Shown here: one piece after another, positions 40,242 through 53,226 of the stretch
Layout: each line of letters starts with the position of its first letter
Position numbering within the stretch: the stretch's first letter is position 1
Source: Octopus sinensis
Taxonomy: Eukaryota
Assembly (NCBI RefSeq): GCF_006345805.1
Contig: NC_043001.1
Location: 33,046,001-33,110,000 of the forward strand
DNA: 64,000 nt
Reading direction: 5' to 3'
The notes under the pieces: model-generated
The model's input: the letters and a program-made list of their open reading frames with translations, nothing else
What the model was told of the DNA's origin: nothing
Database searches by the model: none
Program-made: the position numbers and the translations under genes

Positions 40242-40658
40242 AGGCCTGAAATTTTGTGCGGGGGGGATAGTTGATTACATCGACCCCAGTGCTGAACTAG
40301 TACTTATTTTAACGACCCTGAAAGAGTCAACCTCAGTGAAATTTGAACTCAGATTCTGCCGCCTTGCGTGGCGTTATTTAGTCCGAAATAAAATCAGTGA
40401 GCTGGTAGAGTCGTTAGTATGCCGGGCGAAATACTTAGTGGTATTTTGTCTGCCGCTACGTTCTGAGTTCAAATTCCGCCGAGGTCGACTTTGCCTTTCA
40501 GCCTTTCGGGGTCGATTAAATAAGTACCAGTTGCTCACTGGGGTCGATACAATCGACTTAATCCATTTGTCTGTCCTTGTTTGTCCTCTCTGTGTTTGGC
40601 TCCTTATGGGTAGTAAAGAAATAGGTATTTTGTCTGTTTCAAATTTCTGAGTTCAAAT
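40242..40658. mobile_element. Head-to-head SINE B copies (minus fragment 40242-40353, plus copy 40396-40658)
   Basis: The same body occurs in both orientations; the plus copy ends with a gaaataggtattt junction and a stub of a second unit. Confidence 0.85.
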
Positions 40659-40911
40659 CAAAGATGACCGGCTGCTGCTACAGGGAATCTCTCGGTATCT
40701 CTAAAAATCCGGTTGATGGTTCTGTACCATTGAGATAAAGGATCCATGCCAACAGATACCGCGTTTTATAAAATCAAATGAAAGGCTTTTAAAACATGAG
40801 AACATTTTTTAAACGTACATTGAAACGTTGAGTGACATATGTTTTAGACAAATTTATATGAATTTTTTTTTTTCATAATTTCCTAAAATTTTTACTGGTT
40901 TTCTTTTGCAG

Positions 40912-41241
40912 CTCTGACGACAGAAGAGCCACCAGCTGATACAAATGGGCCAGTTTTCACGGAAGACGTACCAAGCACAGTTGTGTTTGCTAATACTAAA
41001 GGGGCGTCAATTGATTGCACGGCGCACGGTTTACCCCCACCAAAACTAAATTGGATACGAAAGGATGGCACGGTCGTCAAAGATATTCCCAAAGTACTTC
41101 AGGTACTTCCAAACAATACCCTGTATTTTCTACCTTTTGAGCCAAACCTATTTCAACCAGATGCTCATTCGCAGGAATACCGTTGCATAGCGAAAAATAA
41201 AGGTGGGAAAATTATCAGTCGCCCTTTGCGCATAACAGCTG
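40912..41241 (+). CDS. Dscam: Internal exon encoding the Ig1 domain of a Dscam-family cell adhesion receptor
   Basis: Pyrimidine tract and acceptor (ttttcttttgcag|, AG at 40910-40911) and donor G|gtaagt (41242). 330 nt, phase 1-1, no stops: LTTEEPPADTNGPVFTEDVPSTVVFANTKGASIDCTAHGLPPPKLNWIRKDGTVVKDIPKVLQVLPNNTLYFLPFEPNLFQPDAHSQEYRCIAKNKGGKIISRPLRITA. This matches the Dscam Ig1 pattern I recall from Drosophila (GPVF..F.NS.GA.I.C.A.G.P.P.I.W.R.DG..V.D.P...F.PF....Q.VH...Y.C.A.N..G.IISR...V.A). Confidence 0.92.
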
Positions 41242-42392
41242 GTAAGTATCAGCGCTTTTGATTTTTAAATTTTGATCTAAAGATATTGTTTAATAGGACA
41301 CGTAGTGCAACGAACTAGATTATGAATAAAAGTTAATTTCATGCCTCTAATTTCTAATGTAAAACAGTTTCGAGGTCGAAATTTGTTGTTTTTTTTTCAG
41401 AGTCATCAAAACAATTATAGCTAATTGTGCTGCTTCAACTGAAAATATCTTCCCACTCTAAAATATAGCCTTAAGCATCGACAAGTGAATCAATATAATA
41501 ATTGTAATGGTTGATGTTTTCTGTTTGTTATTTACAGCAAACGTGAAATTTGAATTTGTTTTTTTTTTGTGTGTATTGTATGCGATATACCGAAAATGAA
41601 AGATAACATTTAGTAAAAGCAAACATTTCATAAACATTATTAATTTACATTTGACGAACTGAACAGTATCATACTCATAAATTCTATAATTTCTTTATGC
41701 ATTTTTTATCGCACGATGGTGGAATTCTAACGTTAGACAAGTTATATTACAGCATAGAACGAATTTGTCCAAGAATCACTCTAAACTTGGATATTAAACA
41801 TCAAAAGCTACAGTTTGTCGTAAAATATCTGACAGATACTTGTTCACAAAATTTCTAAAATAAAAAACGATAAATAAATAAACACAACATCCAGGTATAA
41901 AATAATCTTTTGAAAATTTATAGTTTCGTTTGAAACTATCACATTTTATTGATCTTGTTTGTTATTATCCCGTATATATTACCATCTTTCGTTATATTTA
42001 ATTATTCACAAATTTACAACTACATGTTGTTATGGACAAAATCATACATGTAACCACCACCGCCCATATATATATATAGATATATTAGTGTAGACTATTT
42101 TTCTGGTAAAAAAGATGTTTCAGGATTTTTAATGTTACCTAACAAGGTTTGGTATTTGTATAATTATTAATCCCCTGGTTGCCAAGATTAAGCGATATGA
42201 TGTGTTGTTTTACTGAAGAGAAACGTCAACTGCTGTTAAACCTAAATATTTACCGTTAGGTGTGAGGTATTTAAACAGCGACAGTGCTGAACTTAGAATT
42301 ATATGACTATGCAATAAAAATCCGGCTTACACATTTAGTATCATTATTTGTGTTGTTGTTGTTGCTGCTGCTGCTGATACCATCATTAGTAT

Positions 42393-43045
42393 TAAGGCGG
42401 TGGGATCGCAGTATCGTTAGTACTTCGGCAAAATGCTTAGCAGCATTTCATCCGTTCTTATGTTCTGAGCTCAAATTCCACCGAGCTCATTTTTCCTTTC
42501 ATCGCTTCGGGGTCGACAAAATAAGTACCAGTAGAGTACTGAGGTCGATATAATCGACTATCTTTTCCCCAAAATTGTCTATAGCAGAAAGGATTATTTT
42601 TATTATTAGGGCTGCGAGCTGGTAGAATCATTAGCACACCTGAGAAAATACTTAGCAGCATTTCATACATACTAACGTTCTGAGTTCAAATTCGCCGAGG
42701 TCCACTTTGCTTTTCATCCTTTAGAAAGTCGATAAAACAGGCATCAGTTGTACACTGGGAATGATTTTATCGACTCAGCTTCTACCCCGAAACTGCTGGC
42801 CTCGTGCCAAAATTTGTGCGTATGTTAGAAAGGATTATTATTATTATATTATTATTATTATTAAGAAGGCGACCTAGCAGAATCGTTACCACGTTAGAGA
42901 AAACGCTTAGCAGCATTTCTCCTGTATTTTTTACGCTCTGAGTTCAAATACTGCCGAGGTCAACTTTGTTTTTATCCTTTCGGAGTCGATTAACAAAGTA
43001 CCAATCAACAACAAGGATCAACATAATCGACTAACCCCACCGCCA
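42393..43045 (+). mobile_element. Three adjacent diverged SINE B variant copies
   Basis: Heads at ~42393, ~42608 and ~42866, each with aaatgcttagcagcattt...gagttcaaat...gtcga. Confidence 0.8.
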
Positions 43046-43363
43046 TATAACTAGCATTGTTCTCATATCAGAAATATTTATCAACGTCGTCATTGTTTTA
43101 GTTGTTTCATGTACGTCACTACTGCACCACTGATTGCATTTACCTCTGTATGAATCAGCTTCGCGCATCATCATTTTATGTGGAGTGGTTAGAGTGTTGA
43201 ACTCATGATCGTAAGTTTGTAGTTTCGATTCCTGGACAGGGAAACGCGTTGTGTTCTTGATCAAAACACTTTATTTCATGTTGCTCCAGTCCTCGCAGCT
43301 GGCAAAAATGAGTAATCCTGCGACGGACAAAAATTAGTAATCCTGCGTCGTCCAGGTGGGGAA

Positions 43364-43760
43364 TAAAATGTCTTGCTCAAGGACACAACACACCGCTGGA
43401 AATCGAATTTACAACCTTACGACCGTCAACCGATTACCCTAACAACTAAGCTTTGCGCCTTCACGTGTTTCGGTATACTAAGGCGCCAAATGCTATCTGT
43501 TTTCTTCTATTATTTCGGAACATATACTCGAGTGACTTCATTTTCTATTGTAGCAGCATTATAAAATTATTGTAGCAGCATTATAACGACCATAACAACA
43601 GCACATAGCAACAGCAAAGTTATAAAACGTTAACGTTATTACATAGACACATAATGTGTTCATCTTTCAAGGAATCATCGCGTAATTCATTTGAGTACAA
43701 AAAGAAAATGCTAGAACTCTTATTTCTCTTCACATTGTATAAATACGCAAGCACAATATT
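43364..43760 (+). repeat. Direct repeat copy 2, inserted inside a plus-strand SINE (~43165-43800)
   Basis: The host SINE breaks at tccaggtggggaa| and resumes at |cccatgaaacagggaaaccggcctttatgag. Confidence 0.88.
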
Positions 43761-44425
43761 CCCATGAAACAGGGAAACCGGCCTTTATGAGTCGGTATGA
43801 CACGATAAGGCAACTTTACGTTTACCTTTTATCATTGTATATGCAGGTGAGCTGCGTTATATGAAATATGTTAAATATTTTCGTATCAAATGGTGGTTGT
43901 GTCGCGTGTAGGATGTGTGAATGTGTTATTTTATTGATTAGTGACATTGTACAATGTGAAATGTGAGTTTTCTTATTTCATTGGGTTATGAATGTGTAAA
44001 ATATGTGCTACGTGAGTTTTGAAGGAAGTGTAACAACTGAGTTGCTTTAATAAATAGAATATGTCTTAAGTAGGATTGTGTTGTAACTAAAGCAGCCATC
44101 ATTGGGTTTTGTTATAGATTTATGACCCCTGGTAATTTTTTTTACCATATCTAGTCATCCAATTAATACTGTTTTCACTTTCCAACCAATAACCTAAAGC
44201 GTTGTTTTGCACTTTTATTTCAATTCCCTTGTACTTAGATAGTTTTTAAACTCTTTCTGACAAGTGTTATGGTCAGAGTATCAAGATCAAGATGTCTATT
44301 GGAATACAATCATATTCGGTCTTGTTCTTGATAATTCGACCTGATTTCCTTACTAGTATAGACGGCTTTATTTCCGGATCGTACTCAGATCGTTGTTATA
44401 CAACTTGTTTTCTAAATGCATATAT

Positions 44426-44849
44426 CATTTCTTATTTCTTTATTGCTCACAAGGGGCTAAACATAGAAGGGACAAACAAGGACAGATAAAGGGATTAAGT
44501 CGATTACATTGACCCCAGTTGGTAATTGGCACTTAATTTATCGACCCCGAAAGGATGAAAGGCAAAGTCGACCTCGGCGGAATTTAAACTCAGAACGTAG
44601 CGGCAGACGAAATACCTATTTCTTTACTACCCTCAAGGGGCTAAACACAGAGAGGACAAACAAGGACAGATAAACGGATTAAGTTGATTATATCGATCCC
44701 GGTTCGTAACTGGTACTTAATTTATCGACTCCGAAAGGATGAAAGGCAAAGTCGACCTCGACGGAATTTGAACTCAGAACGTAACGGCAAACGAAATACT
44801 GCTAAGCATTTCGCCCGGCGTGCTAACGTTTCTACCAACTCGCCGTCTT
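44426..44849 (-). mobile_element. SINE family B dimer with an 11-bp target-site duplication
   Basis: aatgcatatat at 44415-44425 and 44850-44860; internal junction at ~44609-44622. Confidence 0.92.
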
Positions 44850-45771
44850 AATGCATATATTATTTCTGTGCTTTCATATGAAGTATCGGTATAATAGCCA
44901 ATGAACGTAAGTGCCGACTCAATTATACCTGAGGATATGTTCTGAGTTTGAAAGCATTAAGCCACTAGAAATGATGTGGTCAGTTACCTCAATGTATTGA
45001 ATACGTTGTCTGAGTAGGTTTTAATTTTTCGTTCCACTATATTTTCACCATAGACTTTTAGTGTATTTGGGTTAAAAGCAGAACCAGGTCTGATTCTAAT
45101 TTTAGCAGCACTGGATCAATATCTAATAAAAGTAAAAGAACACTGTAAAAAAAAAAACAAAAAAAAAAACAAATAATGGAACATGAGACCATTATTGACC
45201 ATGGAATATATTTTCCCGTGCTTTACCGTTAAAGTATTTTGAAATTTCATTTATATTTTTTAGTCTTTTCTGTATTTGAAGTGTATCTAAATCACTTTCT
45301 TTGATGCAGATAGCTCCTAGCTTTATTGTTTCTTCATATGCAGCAGAAAAAACTATTCTGCTCTTTTTCTGTATATTCCCTTATGACAGGAATAAGCTTT
45401 GATATTGTTTTATATATTCTTATTGCTATTTTCCTATCTATATCTTCTACTCCAATATAATTAGTTTTTAGGTTGTACTTTTTGTTACCTTGTGCACTGA
45501 GAAATGTCTGTTATCTTCATGTGTTCTGTATTACTCTAATCAACTTCCCTATGAATTATTTTAATTATTTTTCCATTGTTGCTACACCATTTCGTTATTT
45601 ACCATTTGCTTCAGCTTATTGCTTTCCTTAATGCGTGGCAGATTTAACACAATGGCTTCGTAACACTGCCAGTTATTTCCTACAATTTTTTCTGTCTAAA
45701 GTCATTGTTACACTTCCCTTCCAATATATTTTGTTAAAGCTATAAATACCTTATATAACATATATCTATAT

Positions 45772-46190
45772 TCTTTACTCTCTATTACTCTTTTACTTGT
45801 TTCAGTCATTTGACTGCGGCCATGCTGGAGCACCGCCTTTAGTCGAGCAAATCGACCCCAGGACTTATTTTTTGTAAGCCTAGTACTTATTCCATCGGTC
45901 TCTTTTGCCGAACCGCTAAGTTACGAGGACGTAAACATACCAGCATCGGTTGTCAAGCGATGTTGCGGGGAGGGGGGAAAACACAGACACACAAACACAC
46001 ACACATACATATATATATACATATATACGACGAGGTTCTTTCAGTTTCCGTCTACTAAATCCACTCACAAGGCTTTGGTCGACCGGAGCCTATAGTAGAA
46101 GACACTTGCCCAAGGTGTCACGCAGTGGGACTGAACCCAGCACCATGTGGTTGGTAAGCAAGCTACCTAGCACACAGCCACTCCTGCGCC
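45772..46190 (-). mobile_element. SINE family A, full length
   Basis: Near-consensus copy. Confidence 0.92.
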
Positions 46191-46949
46191 AAATATTTTA
46201 TTTCTAGCATTGAGTTCAGGTTGTAATATGTGTGGCATTTTCTGTAATAGTTTTTTTAACTGGTTCCACGAGTCGTATATTTCATCAGTTTCATCTCCTG
46301 CTAAATAACTTTTAAAGGCAGTTCCGTTCTAATTGTGAATTTTTTCACTCATTCAGTTTCAGCCATAATTAAGCAGAACATTTAAAGGTTTGGTTGATCA
46401 CATCGACCATGGCTTTCATTTTAAGTATGGCATACATTCCATGTGACTCTATTTTTGTCGACCTGCTAAACAACATAACATCGGCTGTGAAGCTGTGAGT
46501 GAAAATGAAAAAAAAAATGTATATACAGTTCTATATTTAAGAGGTGAGGAATTATGTACATTATTTACATTTGATGGATATTTGTCCTCACCTTGTTTGT
46601 TGTTAAATATCCGTCGAATGTAAGTAATGTAAAAAGAATGTATATTCACACTAACACACTTCTACGCCCACACACGCAAACACACACGCACGCGCGCACA
46701 TATAAATATAGGAAGACGAATACGCGTATACATCTATGTGTGTATGTCTATGTTAATGTATACTTGCGAATATATATATAATTTATCTATTAAGGCTAGC
46801 ACAGGTTTCATGTTAAGAAAGTATCTTAATCTTTGAGATATTTACTTAACATGAAACTAATACTTAATACGCAAATAAAGACTTAATACGCAAATAAAGG
46901 CTCTTTATCCACCAATATGGTGTTGAACACTTATTTTCACTGTTCATAT

Positions 46950-47149
46950 ACGTATATACATATATATATATGCATATATATATATATATATATATACACT
47001 CATATATGCATATATATATATATATACACTCATATATGCATATATATATATATATATACACTCATATATGCATATATATATATATGCACTCATATATGCA
47101 TATATATATATGCACTCATATATGCATATATATATATGCAATATATATA

Positions 47150-47194
<45 letters not shown>

Positions 47195-47686
47195 TCATAT
47201 ATGCATATATATATATATATATATATATGCACTCATATATGCATATATATATATATATATAATATATATATATATGCAATATATATATGCACTCATATAT
47301 GCATATATATATATATATATATGCATATATATATGCACTCATATATGCAATATATATATTATATATATATGCATATATATATATGCATATATATATATAT
47401 ATGCATATATATATATATATATACACGCTCATATATGCATATATATTTATATATGTATATATATATATATATACACAATCATATATGCATATATATTTAT
47501 ATATGTATATATAATATACACACTCATATATGCATATATATTTATATATGTATATATATATATATACACACTCATATATGCATATATATTTATATATGTA
47601 TATATATATATACACACTCATATATGCATATATATTTATATATGCATATATATATATATATACACACTCATATATGCATATATATT

Positions 47687-47717
<31 letters not shown>

Positions 47718-48150
47718 TCATATATGCATATATATTTATATATGTATATATATATATACACACTCATATATGCATATATTTTATATTATATATATATATA
47801 CATATATGCATATATATTATATATATACATATATGCATATATATTTATATATATATACATATATGCATATATATTTATATATATATATACATATATGCAT
47901 ATATATTTATATATATACATATATGCATATATATTTATATATATATATAATACATATATGCATGTATATTTATATATATATACATATATGCATATATATT
48001 TATATATATATAACATATATGCATATATATTTATATATGTTATATATATATATACACATATATGAATATATATTTATATATGTATATATGTAATATATAT
48101 ATATATATATATATATATAACACACACTCATATATATATATATACACACA

Positions 48151-48195
<45 letters not shown>

Positions 48196-48420
48196 TCATA
48201 TATATATATATATACACACACTCATATATACATATATATATAACACACTCATATATACATATATATACACACTCATATATACATATATATATACACACTC
48301 ATATATACATATATATATACACACTCATATATACATATATATATACACACTCAAATATACATATATATATATAAACACTCATATATAAGCATATATATAT
48401 ATATATATGTATATATATAA
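46950..48420. repeat. ~1.5-kb TA-based compound minisatellite
   Basis: Units built on cactcatatatgcatatata with variable (TA)n; source of the 382-aa and 326-aa pseudo-ORFs. Confidence 0.95.
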
Positions 48421-48519
48421 GATCAGCAACAATTTAGATTCAAATGAATATGGTACTTAATTTAGATGCACCAGAATTTTGTATGGTGTTACCCATAAAA
48501 ATTTGCGGGGTGATTATAA

Positions 48520-48957
48520 TCAAAAACAAGCAACAAGAATGACTCCGATGATTTGGTACAATTGTTTCGTACTACAACATTTTATTAAAAGCTGTAAATA
48601 TTACAGCAGATTTAAGATGTTGAGTACTCTTCAGCCAATTTATATAGGTTTTCCAATAATATAAAAGCTTTCAAATCATGTAGTAACATTTTAGGGAAGG
48701 TAAATATACAGATAAAGATGTAGATAAAGATCTACAGATATACAGATAAAGATCCACATCTTTATCTGTATATTTACCTTCCCTAAAATGTTACTACTTG
48801 ATTTGAAAGCTTTTATATTATTGGAAAACCTATATAAATTGGCTGAAGAGTACTCAGCATCTTAAATCTGCTGTAATACTTACAGCTTTTAATAAAATGC
48901 TGTAGTACGAGACAATTGTACCAAATCACCGGAGTCATTCTTGTTGCTTATTTTTGA
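48520..48957. repeat. Inverted duplication, 202-bp arms with a 34-bp spacer
   Basis: 48520-48721 is the reverse complement of 48756-48957 with 7 mismatches by my count. Confidence 0.95.
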
Positions 48958-48970
48958 GTGTGGCCACCGC

Positions 48971-49002
<32 letters not shown>

Positions 49003-49524
49003 GCGGTGGCCTTTTGACAAGTTTTCTTCGCAAAAATTTACTCACCAGGAATTGGAGGCCTCGGGACTCTAGGAGTAGATACTTATTGAAGGTACACACG
49101 GTGGAACTGAGCCTGGAACCATGTGATTTCGAAAGCCATGCCGTCCGCCAAGTTTGTCATATCATAATTTGGCTTACTTTTTCAGTTATTCAGCTTAGCC
49201 TTTCGTTCTTCTGAAATCAATAACAGAAAGTGCCAGTCAAATATTTGGATCGATATAATTGACTTTACTTTCTATCCAATATTTGAGGAAGGCCTGTGTC
49301 CTTATTGAAGCCATTATTATTAAGGCGTTGGAATAAACGAATCAGTAGAGTAATGGAAATAATAATGCGTATCTTTTTATGAAACAATAACTTTGTACCT
49401 AAGTTATAATTATATTGTTTAGCAGCACTTCTTTCGCTTCAGTAGGTTCTGAGTTCATATCCTGCCGAGGTCAACTTTGCTTTCTGTCATTTCAGAGTCG
49501 ATAAAATAGTCTACCAGTCAAGTA

Positions 49525-49665
49525 TAAGGTTGTCCCAAAAGTTCGTAGAAAGTCTTGGAAAATAATGGTCTTTATTTTGAGGAATAATTTTTGTTGTTTT
49601 TGTTAGTACTTGGCGAGTAAAAATTCAATTTTCGCAAGTGTTTACGAACTTTTGGGACAACCTAA
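49525..49665. mobile_element. Tc1/mariner-type MITE (141 bp)
   Basis: TIRs TAAGGTTGTCCCAAAAGTTCGTA and TACGAACTTTTGGGACAACCTAA (1 mismatch in 23); TA on both sides; inserted into a decayed SINE B. Confidence 0.85.
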
Positions 49666-50157
49666 TACATAGATGATATAACCGATTAAGACAACTCGAT
49701 GTGTACCAAAATTTGAAACCAAAATAATTATTCACAAAATCATTATTGATTGTCACCATTAATATACACATAAGATCAAGATAACCCGTCTTGGCGAGTC
49801 AATTTTTCCTCTCTTCACGTTTGTTGTTTCAATTCAATTGCATTTGTTTTCTGTGAAAATACATCCAATTCTGTCCCAATATTTTACTTAGTATAGTATT
49901 TTCTTTGGTTACCGGTTTTCAATGTAATTCGTTGCATTTCGTTGCGTTTACGATCGTGACAGTGATAACAGCCATTATGTGCACTTCAACCGGAACAACT
50001 ATCACGAGGGATTTTTATGTGAATGCATAGGTTTATCAGATTTTCTGACAGACGCTTTCATTACAGTATGATACACCTACATATGCATATACATACATAA
50101 ATATTTATAAACACAGATATATATATATATATATATAATTAATAAATATATATATAT

Positions 50158-50211
<54 letters not shown>

Positions 50212-51279
50212 TATATGTGTGTGTGTGTGTAGCATACATGTATACATACGGGCATACATACAGAAACCTGAAACGTGTCCATTTTGTTGCGTTCTTGTTT
50301 TTTGTTCTGGCATGATATATATATATATATATATATTTAAATACATGTGTACCTACATACATAAATACATACATGCATACATACATAGAACGAGATTCCA
50401 TGAAATTTCAGAAGTGATGATTAACTCCAAATAATGGTTGAAGATACTTGTCTGAGGTTTTACAAAATACAAACGAAGTAGGAAGTAGGAGGCTGCAATG
50501 TAAATTTCTTAAATTTTTTTCAAAAATAGATCGCTAACGATTTCATTCCAGAAATTCAAGGGACATAACTAAACATTCACAAACATATTTTGTCCGAGGT
50601 GCTAGCTGTTCAAAACTGCTCTTACGTAATCGATGTTCAATTTACGTTAGCAAAACTATGATCAAAAGTGTTCTACATTACCCAGCATATTTCTCAGGCG
50701 TTAGGGTTCGATATGTTTTGATTGGTATTTAATTATGTCGCATGACAATCTCGCAAGTTCAACAGATGCACATGGTAAGAGCAATAGTGTATTCGTCTCT
50801 TCATCTTTGACGCCATGAATTGTTCTGAGTTATTTGCATTCACGCCACAAAGTGAAACTTATTTCAAATTTAGATTTAAGGTTCTTAGTAATATTTACCA
50901 TTATTGTTTATTTACTATCCCTCATCAGTTTCGGTTTAACATTTATGATTTCGTAAAACGTGGTGCATATATACATATATATTTATATATACACCAATAT
51001 GTGCATAACTAAATAATATATATATACAAATACATATCTATAAATATAAGTGCATATATTCCTATAAATATATATATGTGTAGATGTATGTAAACATACA
51101 TATACATACCTATATATATATATATATATATATACATATATATAGGCATATACATATTTAGTAGACACACACACATATATGCATATATATAGTAGACACA
51201 TATGTATACATATAGATGTATCTATATATTTATCTCGTATACATATATAGATATATGTATATATATACAAACATGAAAG

Positions 51280-51310
<31 letters not shown>

Positions 51311-52800
51311 CAAACATGAAAGTATATATATATATATATATATTTACAGTACATATCTGTGTGTATATGTGTGTATGTACATTTACTGAGAAAGAGATTG
51401 AGATGCATACATTCATACACATACATCCCTCACACACACACCACACACACACACACACACACATACACACATGTATTATATTTCACTTCTGTTGGTCTTG
51501 TATCTATTTCTCCTCCACTCCCACGGAAAAATAAAATGAAAAGGCAAAGCAACTCATTAAAATTTCTATTAGAGACTATTGTTGAATACTGAATAAATCA
51601 CTGGCGTTTACGATCAGAATTTTTCACATTAATCGGTAGGACAATTTGCAAATTATTGTATATTTTATCCCATTCGCAATGATATTTATAGGTTTTTAGT
51701 TTTGTTTCATTTTGTATTTTTTTTTTGTCCGTTTATTTCACGACTGAATAATTTAACTCCTACTAAGTTAAACAACTTTGATACTTCAGGTTAAAAGATA
51801 ATGGATGTATATATAAGCTATCTTCCTTCAAGAAATTCATAATTGTGACCCCCATTGATTCATATTTCAATAATTCTTTTTCTCACTTTTGTAATAGAAG
51901 CGTACGTATGTGCGTGCGTTTCTGTGTGTGTGTGTGTGTGTTTGTGTGCGTCACGCATACACACACATTTATATGTATATATATATATATAATATATATA
52001 TATATATAAGCATATACATATATACATATACATTTATACATATATATAGGCATATACATATTTAGTAGACACACACACATATATGCATATATATATTAGA
52101 CACATATGTATACATATAGATGTATCTATATATTTATCTCGTATACATATATAGATATATGTATATATATATATAATATATATATATATATATACATATA
52201 TATATACATATATATATACATACAATATATACATGTATATATATTTATACATATATATATATGCATACATATATACATACATATATATCTGCATACATAT
52301 ATACATATATATCTATATATACATATAAATATATATAATATACAAATACATGCATATATATAATAGACATACGTGTGTGTGTGTGTGTGTGTGTGTGTCG
52401 CTTCTGCCTTTTCAATATTTAAATTTCTAGAAAATTTTTGTCCAAAATGCTATCATTGAATTTTCGATTAGAGCAATCAAACAGGTATTATGCATTTTTG
52501 TAGCACAACATGATCAAATGAGGGGCTTTAGATCGATTATCGAATATATGTTGATTTATTTCAGTTCTCATACCGTATCCACTATATTTCTATAGAATGT
52601 TATGATCTCTAATGAATACCTCTTCAATTGAATATTTGAATATTTATAGAAACTATGACCAACTGACCACAACAGCTCTGTTTCGAGCATATGATGTTTT
52701 TGCCAGAGAAGGTTACTAAAGATGGGCCTGAACCTATAAACTTTTTGCTCTTCTTCAATGCAGAAGCTCCTCATTTGAGCTGAATTTAATAGCCAAATTT

Positions 52801-53226
52801 CTTATTTCTTTACTACCCACAAGGGGCTAAACACAGAGAGGACAAACAAGGACAGACAAACGGATTAAGTCGATTACATCGACCCCAGTGCGTAACTGAT
52901 ACTTATTTAATCGACCCCGAAAGGATGAAAGGCAAAGTCGACCTCGGCGGAATTTGAACTCAGAACGTAGCGGCAGACGAAATACCTATTTCTATTTCTT
53001 TACTACACACAAGGGGCTAAACACAGAGAGGACAAACAAAGACAGGCAAACGGATTAAGTCGATTATATCGACCCCAGTGCGTAACTGGTACTTAATTTA
53101 TCGACTCCGAAAGGATGAAAGGCAAAGTCGACCTCGGTGGAATTTGAACTCAGAACGTAACGGCAGACGAAATACGGCTACGCATTTCGCCCGGCGTGCT
53201 AACGTTTCTGCCAGCTCGCCGCCTTT
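52801..53226 (-). mobile_element. SINE family B dimer
   Basis: Junction gaaatacctatttctatttcttt at ~52979; probable TSD ccaaatttct on both sides. Confidence 0.92.

Noticed and set aside
42205-42232. CTGAAGA-GAAAC-GTC hammerhead-like string
   Set aside because: Stem II is entirely missing and the flanks do not resemble the other elements; likely chance.
46917-48093. Longest ORFs in the track (382, 326, 257, 187 aa; Y/I/H-rich)
   Set aside because: Translations of a TA-based minisatellite, open in several frames on both strands; no protein signal.
49940-50035. AG...GT-bounded segment considered as a next Dscam exon
   Set aside because: The phase-1 frame hits a stop and shows no Ig2 similarity.
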